A DNA stretch of 45,143 nt from positions 1-45,143 of the IMG/VR virus record IMGVR_UViG_3300038379_000312, one strand, 5' to 3'. Positions 14,586-21,070 of this stretch are shown piece after piece. The notes beneath the pieces are model-generated. The model made no database searches and was not told the origin of the DNA. It saw nothing but the letters and a program-made list of their open reading frames with translations. Each line of letters begins with the position of its first letter. The stretch's first letter is position 1. This DNA is from a virus. The translations under genes and the position numbers were made by a program.

Positions 14586-14618
14586 TGGGGGTCGCAGGTT
14601 CAAATCCTGCAGCGCCCA
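14586..14618 (+). other. tRNA 3'-end fragment (T-arm plus acceptor 3' strand): candidate attP core
   Basis: GCAGG TTCAAAT CCTGC AGCGCCC A lies about 95 nt downstream of the int stop. The complementary 5' acceptor strand GGGCGCT is absent upstream, so this is a fragment and not a gene. Confidence 0.55.
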
Positions 14619-14642
14619 CTCGGGAGAGTGGCGATGCCTGAC

Positions 14643-14726
14643 CAGCAGCTCGCTGGCATGGAGATCGCGATTCGCGAATTGCTCCATGCGGCTTCGGCTG
14701 GCCAGTGATCGAATCAGGTGACTCAT
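14643..14726. repeat. 84-nt dispersed repeat, copy R1
   Basis: About 85% identical to 15072..15155. It contains the hairpin GCATGGAG...CTCCATGC and the palindrome ATTCGCGAAT. On the minus strand it encodes MSHLIRSLASRSRMEQFANRDLHASELL. Confidence 0.85.
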
Positions 14727-14814
14727 GGCTGGGCAATCCTACGGCCGGCCCAAACGGCTGTCAAGTAGTTTTTCCTAGTAAATTACACTAGCGGTACAGC
14801 GGAGGGTGATTACA

Positions 14815-15057
14815 ATGGCTGCGAGGAGGAAGCACCGCATGAAGAATCCGTGGCCAGGCGAGCGAATTAAGGCCCTTCGAGAAGCGTGCGGAGAAACACA
14901 AACCGAATTCTGCCTGCGATTGCGGGTTGGCGTCGATACGCTTCGCGTCTGGGAACAGGATCGCGGTGAGCCGAGTGGACCAGCGCAAATTGTGCTCGAA
15001 CTCATCGAAAGCTCACATCGTTCCCACACCCGCGAACCTGCAGTTTCTCGGCGGTAG
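14815..15057 (+). CDS. XRE-family HTH protein (antitoxin/Cro-like), 80 aa
   Basis: ATG at 14815 with GGAGGG 8 nt upstream. IKALREACGETQTEFCLRLRVGVDTLRVWEQDRGEPSGPAQIVLELI is an HTH plus the W-E-x-G-x-x-x-PSGPA motif seen in HigA/MqsA-type antitoxins. Confidence 0.7.
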   Translation: MAARRKHRMKNPWPGERIKALREACGETQTEFCLRLRVGVDTLRVWEQDRGEPSGPAQIVLELIESSHRSHTREPAVSRR

Positions 15058-15071
15058 GACTTTGGACGATT

Positions 15072-15155
15072 CAGCAGCTCGCCAGCATGGAGATCGCGAT
15101 CCGCGAATTGCTCCATGCGGTTTCGACTGGCCATTGATCTTACGAAGGTGAACAT
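15072..15155. repeat. 84-nt dispersed repeat, copy R2
   Basis: Homologous to 14643..14726. On the minus strand it encodes MFTFVRSMASRNRMEQFADRDLHAGELL. Confidence 0.85.
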
Positions 15156-15229
15156 CGTCGAAAAGCTTAGGCGCGTCGCTCGTCTTTGTCAAGTGATATT
15201 TCCTAACAAGAATAGGGAGGGTATCTAGG

Positions 15230-15472
15230 ATGCTTAGCGGAAAGGAAAAGCGACGCATGAGCAAAGACGAAATTCTTGAACTGCTTTCCCTACGTGCTTG
15301 GTCGCGAACCAAACTCGCAGGTGAATTGGATGTCACGGAAAACACCGTGCATCAGTGGATTAGCGGGCGCCGAATCCCGAGCGGCCCAGCAACAATTCTG
15401 ATGCGAATGTGGCTGGCTACCTCTCGAGGAGAGAAAGGCGGGCGTAAAGAGCTTGCTGGTTCCCGCAGGTAA
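15230..15472 (+). CDS. XRE-family HTH protein, paralogue of 14815..15057, 80 aa
   Basis: ATG at 15230 with GGGAGGG upstream. LAGELDVTENTVHQWISGRRIPSGPATILMRMW aligns with the first HTH protein. Both end in SRR. Confidence 0.7.
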   Translation: MLSGKEKRRMSKDEILELLSLRAWSRTKLAGELDVTENTVHQWISGRRIPSGPATILMRMWLATSRGEKGGRKELAGSRR

Positions 15473-15546
15473 GAGTTTTTTCTTGCCCGCCGGAACGACT
15501 TGCCCCATACTTTCGCGACACCCTGAATTCCAACTCGGGAGTCGCC

Positions 15547-15765
15547 ATGCCAACCAACGATGACAGCAACCGTGTCTTGATCTCCTCCTTCAGTCCGCAC
15601 GCGACAGGTCAGCTGGATGATCGCATCGAGCGATTGGAGGGCCAACTCCAAAGGATCTCGACGTACCTTTGGCTTCTGGTCATGGCCGACCCTCGACCCA
15701 AGCCAACGCCGCTGCAACCTTGCATGGCCCATTTCAGGCCGAGGGGAGGGAGTAAATCGTGTTGA
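15547..15765 (+). CDS. Possible small protein, 72 aa
   Basis: ATG with GGGAG 6 nt upstream. It has a coiled-coil-like DDRIERLEGQLQRI and overlaps the 3' end of the convergent DUF4145 gene by 32 nt. Support is weak. Confidence 0.25.
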   Translation: MPTNDDSNRVLISSFSPHATGQLDDRIERLEGQLQRISTYLWLLVMADPRPKPTPLQPCMAHFRPRGGSKSC

Positions 15766-16333
15766 GCATGTAGGAGACGATCAGCAGGGCTCGGCGCGCG
15801 TCTTCCTTGGGCACGAACTGGACGTTGTGATTGGCTTCGTTGCCGATTTGACGGATGGCATCGATGGCGGTTCTGGCCTTGGGGAACGTCAGCACGGTGT
15901 TCGTGATGAAATCGACGTAGGCCGTGAAGGGCTTGCCGTCTTCGTCGCCTTGGTCGCAGGCGCAGGCCATCAGCAGTTTACGGCAGACGATCGCCGTGGC
16001 GGTGTAGGCGCCAGCCGAGTAGGCCCTGGCCGCCTCATTGAAAAGCCGGGTCAGCAGCTCGGGCCAGCCTTCGCCCGGAAGGAACTCGATGGCTGAAGGA
16101 ATCTGGGTCACTTCGCCGGCTTGCTGCATCAGCACGGTCGGCTCCTCCATCGGACACGCGCAGGCGCAGTAAAGGACAGCCGGGCCGGATCGCCTTTCGA
16201 GGGCGGCGATGACCCGGCCATTCGTCGACTTGCCACAATGTCCGCACTGAAATGAGCAATGTTTCGAGCTATGACGCTCGACCTCGCGAGTTTCAGACTC
16301 TGAGATTGGAAAAAAGCGGACGAAGGAAGACAT
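15734..16333 (-). CDS. Zn-ribbon plus DUF4145 (HEPN-like) domain protein, 199 aa
   Basis: The N-terminus has CSFQCGHCGK...YCACACP. The C-terminal pattern AARAYSAGAYTATAIVCRKLL...AIDAIRQIGNEANH...DARRALLIVSYMLNTIY matches the DUF4145 signature R-x-x-G-N-x-x-x-H. The region is visibly lower in GC than its surroundings. Confidence 0.65.
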   Translation of the reverse strand: MSSFVRFFPISESETREVERHSSKHCSFQCGHCGKSTNGRVIAALERRSGPAVLYCACACPMEEPTVLMQQAGEVTQIPSAIEFLPGEGWPELLTRLFNEAARAYSAGAYTATAIVCRKLLMACACDQGDEDGKPFTAYVDFITNTVLTFPKARTAIDAIRQIGNEANHNVQFVPKEDARRALLIVSYMLNTIYSLPSA

Positions 16334-16372
16334 GACTCTATTTTGCCATGCCCGTTTCGATTCGCAAGAAAA

Positions 16373-16840
16373 TCACGCCGCCGGCGCCGCCGCGTCGTCG
16401 CGGACGAAGCTCACCACCTTGACCTCGCCGTCGACCTTGACGGCGCCCTTGCGGGTTTCGCGGGGCAGCGCGGCGGTGATCTGCTTCTCGACGACCTTGA
16501 GCGCCTCCTCGGTGACTTCCAGCTCCTGGGCGATGTCGTCGCCGGCCTTGAGCGCCGTGGCGGCCGCCTTGGCGATCAGCTCGGCGATCGCGTCGCGCTT
16601 GACGCCGGCCTTGCGCAGGGCCACGGCCAGGATCGCCTTGAGCGGCAGCTTGGCCGTCGGCGTGTACTCCTGGGGCGCGGCCTGGCTGAGGAAGCAGTCG
16701 ACGCGGACGGTGGCCAGGCCGCGGACCCGGTAGCGGCCGGGCGGCAGCTCGTCGAGTTCGCCGGCGGCGCGTTTCGCCAGGCAGGCGGGGACCAGCTCCT
16801 GGAGCTGGTCGAGGTTGGGGCGGCGCACGTCGTCGGGCAT
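16373..16840 (-). CDS. Hypothetical protein, 155 aa
   Basis: ATG at 16838-16840 with GGAGG upstream. Begins MPDDVRRPNLDQLQELVPACLAKR... Confidence 0.6.
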   Translation of the reverse strand: MPDDVRRPNLDQLQELVPACLAKRAAGELDELPPGRYRVRGLATVRVDCFLSQAAPQEYTPTAKLPLKAILAVALRKAGVKRDAIAELIAKAAATALKAGDDIAQELEVTEEALKVVEKQITAALPRETRKGAVKVDGEVKVVSFVRDDAAAPAA

Positions 16841-16861
16841 GGAAACCTCCGGTGAAAGAAC

Positions 16862-16923
16862 GGATGGCGGGATGCTCCGGTCATGGCCCGTCTTCCTTGA
16901 CAGGCGGAGTCATCCCGCCATCC
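16862..16923 (-). terminator. Strong hairpin (18 bp with 1 bulge) followed by GTTCTTTC: terminator/attenuator between the ParB-like gene and the downstream genes
   Basis: ggatggcgggatgctccg (16862-16879) pairs with cggag-t-catcccgccatcc (16905-16923). On the minus strand it is followed by GTTCTTTCACC, then the SD and ATG of 16373..16840. Confidence 0.45.
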
Positions 16924-16933
16924 CGCCCAAATG

Positions 16934-17830
16934 TCATCCCGTCTTCCGCAGGGCCAGCCGCTCGCCGGCGGCAGTGATCTGGCGGCCGGTCGCGGCGATC
17001 TGGTCGCGGCAGCGGGTCGCCAGGTCGGCGTCGGCCGCGAGTCGGGCCAGGAGATTGGCGGCGTCGAAACCGGTCAGGTCGGCCTGGGCCTTGCGGAAGC
17101 AGGCCAGGGCCCGGGTAAGCTGCAGGACGGCGCGGGCCACGTGGCCGGCGCCCTCGGTCCAGTGCCGGTGCGACCGGCCGAATTGGTCGCGGATGTGGCC
17201 GGCCGCGTTGGTGGCCCGGGCCTTCTGGCCCTGGCCGGCGATCGCCGCGAGCTGCTCCTCGGCCGGCAGCTCGGCCAGGCGCGTGGCCCGGCGGACCGAA
17301 ACCTTGCCCTCCTTCACTGCCTTCGCCAGTTCCGCGCTGCCCTGCTCCTCGACCTGGCGGGCCATGCGGACGTAGCGCTCGGAAACCTGGAGGACGCCGG
17401 CGGCCCACGCCTGGGGCGATTTTGGCGTTTTTGCGGGGGTTTCGAGGGGCGGAACTAGTTCCGCGAGCCATCGGGCGGCCTCGGGGCGGCGGCGGGCCTC
17501 CTCCTCCAGGGCGTCGGGGACCCGGGCGGCGAGCGCGGCCCGGATCGAGCCGTCCAGGTGGCGGCGGTGCAGGTTGAGGCCGAGCACCAGGGCGACCAGG
17601 GACCCCTCGCCGTCCCACTCCTCGGTGGGGAGGTCGCGGACGACGCCGCGGCGGGCCAACACCGCGACGGCGTCCTGGCGCTCCTGGCCGTCGACCAGGT
17701 GCCCCTGCCAGAGCAGGACCGGCCGGAGGACGCCCTGCTCGGCGATCGAGGCGACGAAGGCCTCGCGCTCGTCGCCGGCGAGCCGGGGCAGGGCCAGGGC
17801 CTCGACCAGCGGGTGCACCGGAATCGTCAT
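16934..17830 (-). CDS. ParB-like domain DNA-binding protein, 298 aa
   Basis: The internal ATG at 17828-17830 overlaps the upstream stop (ATGA). N-terminal ParB/Srx pattern IPVHPLVEALALPRL...SIAEQGVLRPVLLWQGHLVDGQERQDA, plus an HTH-like VSERYVRMARQV. Confidence 0.7.
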   Translation of the reverse strand: MTIPVHPLVEALALPRLAGDEREAFVASIAEQGVLRPVLLWQGHLVDGQERQDAVAVLARRGVVRDLPTEEWDGEGSLVALVLGLNLHRRHLDGSIRAALAARVPDALEEEARRRPEAARWLAELVPPLETPAKTPKSPQAWAAGVLQVSERYVRMARQVEEQGSAELAKAVKEGKVSVRRATRLAELPAEEQLAAIAGQGQKARATNAAGHIRDQFGRSHRHWTEGAGHVARAVLQLTRALACFRKAQADLTGFDAANLLARLAADADLATRCRDQIAATGRQITAAGERLALRKTG

Positions 17831-18489
17831 GCCACCCCCCTTTGCGGTGCCGGCGCTTGCACCTGCCTCGGCGGCCGGCCGCGGCCGCGCTGCAGGCCCT
17901 GGGCGCCCAGTTCGCGGACCCGGTCCGGCGGCGGCAGGTAACGGGACAGGGCGGCGCGGAACGCGGCCGGCCAGGTGTCGCCCTCGCCGCGGGCCTCGGC
18001 GCGGGCCGGCCGGGGGTAAGGTGGGAACCGGAGCAGGCCCACCCGGCAGCAGCCGCGGCCCTCGACGGCGTACCCGTCCGGGCCCCAGCAGGCGCGGGCC
18101 AGGTCCTGAGCCTCGCGGCGGGTGCTGATGGCGTCGCAGCGGTCGAGCAGGAAGCGAATCATGAGCGGCTCCTCGCGGGCCTCGGTCTCGAGACGCAGCT
18201 CGCGGGCGCCCACCCGGCCGTTGCGCTCGACGTCGATCCGCCAGGCGATCCGCAGGAGGAGGGTGCGCTCGCCGCCGTCCTCGTCGAACGGGTGTTTCAG
18301 GTGCTGGCCCTGGCGGAAGCGAGCCTCGAGCACGTCGAGCTTGTCCGGGCTGCCCGGCAGGGCGTCGGTCGGTTCGGGCAATGCGTCGGCCGGCGGCTCG
18401 GCTGGTTCGTGGTCGCCGGCGTCGGCGCCAGCCAGGCGGCGGCCGAGGGTGGCCCATTCGGAGCGTGACGGACCGAAAGGAAGGAGCAT
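17827..18489 (-). CDS. Hypothetical protein, 220 aa
   Basis: Internal ATG at 18487-18489 (MLLPFGPSRSEWATLGRRL...). It is the first gene downstream of the promoter-like element at about 18600. Confidence 0.5.
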   Translation of the reverse strand: MLLPFGPSRSEWATLGRRLAGADAGDHEPAEPPADALPEPTDALPGSPDKLDVLEARFRQGQHLKHPFDEDGGERTLLLRIAWRIDVERNGRVGARELRLETEAREEPLMIRFLLDRCDAISTRREAQDLARACWGPDGYAVEGRGCCRVGLLRFPPYPRPARAEARGEGDTWPAAFRAALSRYLPPPDRVRELGAQGLQRGRGRPPRQVQAPAPQRGVA

Positions 18490-18544
18490 GGGAGTGAGGG
18501 CTCCTGGGAAGTGGGGACCGGGGACGGCCAAGAAACACGGGGAC

Positions 18545-18590
18545 GGCGCCCTCGGCCGCCCCCGGCCGGCGCCCTCGGCCGCCCCCGGCT
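18545..18590. repeat. 23-nt direct repeat x2 in the putative 5' leader
   Basis: ggcgccctcggccgcccccggc(c/t) occurs at 18545-18567 and again at 18568-18590. Confidence 0.8.
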
Positions 18591-18597
18591 TGGCACA

Positions 18598-18626
18598 AGT
18601 ATAGCGTGAATCCACTGATAAGCAAG
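18598..18626 (-). promoter_or_regulatory. Sigma-70-like promoter TTGCTT-N17-TATACT with a flanking inverted repeat
   Basis: The minus strand reads ccATCCACgcTTGCTTatcaGTGGATtcacgcTATACTtgtg. This is an AT-rich island in a GC-rich genome. ATCCAC/GTGGAT brackets the -35 element. Confidence 0.4.
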
Positions 18627-18681
18627 CGTGGATGGAGGCGCCGGGTCGCCGGTTCAGTCGGCAGCAGCTGGGGCCGCTGGT

Positions 18682-19107
18682 TCAGTCGGCCCCACCTGGT
18701 CGAGCCAGCACCGCGGCCACGGCCTGGACCAGGTCGCGGCGGATTCGGGAGGCATGACGGAACGCGGCCGCGGCGTCGGTCGTGCCCGGCCGGAGCACCA
18801 GCCGGCCGCCGGCGACGTCGAGGACCACTTCGAAGGACCGCGACACTCCCACCTTGCCGGAGATCAGCAGGACCGCCGCCTCGCCCAGGGTGAGCGGCCT
18901 GGATCCTGACGCGGCATCCGGCGGCGGCAGCTGCTGGCGGTGAATCCGGCGGCGCCGGCGCTCGAGCGCCGGTCGATTGTGCGGCCCCGCGCCCGGCGGC
19001 GTGGCGATCGCGTCAGGGAAGAGCAGTTTCTGAATCATGGCATCAGCACTACGCAGCCGAACGTCGCTTTTTCGGGGTTCAGCGCCCTTCGGCGGTGGCT
19101 CGATCAT
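18682..19107 (-). CDS. Hypothetical protein, up to 141 aa (start uncertain: 19107 or 19038)
   Basis: The open frame has a protein-like C-terminal half (LTLGEAAVLLISGKVGVSRSFEVVLDVAGGRLVLRPG...). No clear SD precedes either ATG. Confidence 0.4.
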   Translation of the reverse strand: MIEPPPKGAEPRKSDVRLRSADAMIQKLLFPDAIATPPGAGPHNRPALERRRRRIHRQQLPPPDAASGSRPLTLGEAAVLLISGKVGVSRSFEVVLDVAGGRLVLRPGTTDAAAAFRHASRIRRDLVQAVAAVLARPGGAD

Positions 19108-19261
19108 GGCCGCGGCATAGAGCGACCTGGCCGGCGGAGCTGGGCCGAATTACCGTGGCGGCCCGGCCGCAGACCTGGCAGGGCTGGACCAGCCGGCGAC
19201 ACAACGCGGCTTCGGGCGCATACCGGAGGAACGATTCGAGGGGCGGCAGCGGTTTCATCAT
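19079..19261 (-). CDS. Small Cys-containing protein, 60 aa
   Basis: The ATG at 19259-19261 overlaps the stop of the nuclease gene (ATGA). Contains CxxC (CQVCGR). Confidence 0.45.
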   Translation of the reverse strand: MMKPLPPLESFLRYAPEAALCRRLVQPCQVCGRAATVIRPSSAGQVALCRGHDRATAEGR

Positions 19262-19593
19262 GGCATCACCTTCCGGGCCAGCCCCGCCTCGAGGAGCAGG
19301 TCCGCGACGCTGCCGTTGTGGATTAGCAGGTCGGCCAGCCAGCGACCGTACTTGTCTCGCGGGTCGGGCTTGTGGGTGCGGACCTGGGCGCTGCCGCCGG
19401 ATCGGTCGACCAGGTCCTGGAGGAACTGCTTCGCGGCCGGCCCTTTCGGGTCGCGCAGCTCGAAAGCGTCGACGCCCGCGAGCCTGAACGTGGCCGCGCG
19501 CTGCCAGAGCCGGAAACCCAGGTCGACGTCGGCGACGAAGGTATCGCCGTCGATCACGCGAACCACGCGGCAGCCGTAGAGGTACATGGTCAC
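19258..19593 (-). CDS. Staphylococcal-nuclease-like (thermonuclease) protein, ~110 aa
   Basis: VVRVIDGDTFVADVDLGFRLWQRAATFRLAGVDAFE...DKYGRWLADL matches the SNase pattern (V.DGDT...R..G.DAPE). The GTG at 19593 overlaps the upstream stop (GTGA). An alternative ATG exists at 19587. Confidence 0.7.
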   Translation of the reverse strand: MTMYLYGCRVVRVIDGDTFVADVDLGFRLWQRAATFRLAGVDAFELRDPKGPAAKQFLQDLVDRSGGSAQVRTHKPDPRDKYGRWLADLLIHNGSVADLLLEAGLARKVMP

Positions 19594-19814
19594 TCCGATC
19601 GGTCCGGAAAGCGCAGCGTGCGCGGCTCCTCGTCGGGCTGCGTCAGGGTCCGCAGCGCCTCCATGAGCTTTTCGAGCTTGTGGGCCAGGCCGATACCCAG
19701 CAGGGAGATGCCCAGCGGCATCAGCGCGCCGCTCAGACCCGGCAGGAAGACACTGGCGGCGATCATGGCGGCGCCGACGATCGACTTCCAGCCGTTGAAT
19801 GGGAGGTTGTTCAT
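19590..19814 (-). CDS. Two-TM small membrane protein (holin-like), 74 aa
   Basis: ATG with AAGGAG 6 nt upstream. Hydrophobic segments SIVGAAMIAASVFLPGL and LMPLGISLLGIGLA are followed by a charged C-terminus. Confidence 0.55.
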   Translation of the reverse strand: MNNLPFNGWKSIVGAAMIAASVFLPGLSGALMPLGISLLGIGLAHKLEKLMEALRTLTQPDEEPRTLRFPDRSE

Positions 19815-19874
19815 CGGTGCTCCTTAAACGTCCAGCGGAACTAGAAGCAAAATGCCCTTGTACTCGCCTTTCGA

Positions 19875-21062
19875 TCAGGGTGCCTTGCCTCCGAGCAGCT
19901 CGCGGAGCGCGTCCTGACGCGCGGCGGCGGCCTTCTTGCGGGCCAGCTCCGCCGCCTCCTCTTCCTTGAGCCGGTCCAGCTCGGCCAGGGCCAGGTCGCC
20001 GAGCGTCAGTTCCCGGCCGCGGCTTGTGGCGGCGGCAGCTGGCGCCGCTGGATTCGGTGGCGCCGTGCCACTGCCACCACGGGGCGGCCGGCGCGGCGCC
20101 GGGCTTTCTCCCCAGGAGGGATCGGCGCGGATCGGCGGCGCGGCGGCTGCGGGCTTGCGGATCAGGACCAGCACCGCCAGCAGCAGGCCGCCGCCGATCA
20201 GCAGCAGCGGCAGCGGGTTGGCGCCCAGGTCGAGGCCCAGCGCTTTGAGGATGCCCTGCCAGGCCGGGGCGGCGCTGTCGGGGATCCGGTTGGGATCAAA
20301 GGCCGGGTCGATGCGACGCAGCGCCTCCGGGCCGTCGTAGCTGTACCGCGCCTCGCGGGCCTCGCCATGCGCGGAGCCCGGGATCGGCGGATCGACCAGG
20401 AAGACGCCCACGCCGGACTTCTGAAAACGCGCGTCCTGGCGAAGTTTGTAGCCGGCCAGGTGCCAGTGGTCGGGGTCGTCGTAGACCTGGAGCCGGACCT
20501 TGCTCCGCAGTTCGGCCAGCGAGGGGTGGTTGGCCAGGTCGTTGACGATCCGCTCGCGCTGCGCCTTGTCTCGGGAGACGACGACCAGCCAGGGCTGGAC
20601 CGAGTCGTTGGGCAGGCCGCCGGCGGCGGCCGCGAGGGCCTGGTCGCGGCTGACTGGCTGACCGTTGATCGAGTAATCGGGAGCGCAGCCGCTGGGCGGC
20701 GCGCCGCGGAGCTGGTCCTCGTCGATGCCGAAATTGACCGCTGGCCTGGCCGCCGGTTTGCGGTGGCCCGGCGGGTCGATCGGGTAGGGCCAGGGCCGAG
20801 GGCTGCTCCAGCGCTGGGCCTGCGCGTCGAAGGTGCTGAACTCGTTCCGGTCGGGCCAGTAGGCGCAGCGGGGCGCGCCGTTGAACCAGAAATACCACCA
20901 GCCCGCGTAGTGCATCGACTCGGCCCAGCCGGTGTAGGTGGCGGTGGGCGGCGCCTCCCGCGCCGGACGGGCATCCAGGTAGGGGGCCCGGCAGATCGGC
21001 TGCGCGGCCAGCGGGCCGAGACACGCGAGCCAGCAGAGAGCGACGGCAAAGGATCGAAGCAT
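19875..21062 (-). CDS. Secreted protein with a C-terminal TM anchor and coiled-coil tail, 395 aa
   Basis: Internal ATG at 21060-21062 (GAGG upstream). Signal peptide MLRSFAVALCWLACLGPLAAQP, late TM PLPLLLIGGGLLLAVLVLI, and C-terminus ELDRLKEEEAAELARKKAAAARQ. The upstream 270 codons of the track ORF are Arg-rich and overlap the endolysin gene. Confidence 0.6.
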   Translation of the reverse strand: MLRSFAVALCWLACLGPLAAQPICRAPYLDARPAREAPPTATYTGWAESMHYAGWWYFWFNGAPRCAYWPDRNEFSTFDAQAQRWSSPRPWPYPIDPPGHRKPAARPAVNFGIDEDQLRGAPPSGCAPDYSINGQPVSRDQALAAAAGGLPNDSVQPWLVVVSRDKAQRERIVNDLANHPSLAELRSKVRLQVYDDPDHWHLAGYKLRQDARFQKSGVGVFLVDPPIPGSAHGEAREARYSYDGPEALRRIDPAFDPNRIPDSAAPAWQGILKALGLDLGANPLPLLLIGGGLLLAVLVLIRKPAAAAPPIRADPSWGESPAPRRPPRGGSGTAPPNPAAPAAAATSRGRELTLGDLALAELDRLKEEEAAELARKKAAAARQDALRELLGGKAP

Positions 21063-21070
21063 GGCGGACC

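Noticed and set aside
14521-14618. A complete tRNA gene downstream of int; likewise a complete tRNA around 10409..10520.
   Set aside because: The T-arm and 3' acceptor strand are clear, but the complementary 5' acceptor strand is absent at the expected distance. That strand would be GGGCGCT for the int-proximal element and CCCCGAG at ~70-90 nt for element A. No D or anticodon arms can be drawn. They are treated as fragments or minihelices.
14620-14815. A toxin gene upstream of the antitoxin-like HTH genes (a classical type II toxin-antitoxin operon).
   Set aside because: No plus-strand ORF exists between the tRNA fragment and HTH1, or between HTH1 and HTH2. Only the truncated minus-strand 28-codon blocks are present.
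15352-15732. 126-aa minus-strand ORF immediately downstream of the DUF4145 gene.
   Set aside because: It is Arg-rich, has no SD, and lies antisense to the well-supported HTH gene 15230..15472 and its upstream region.
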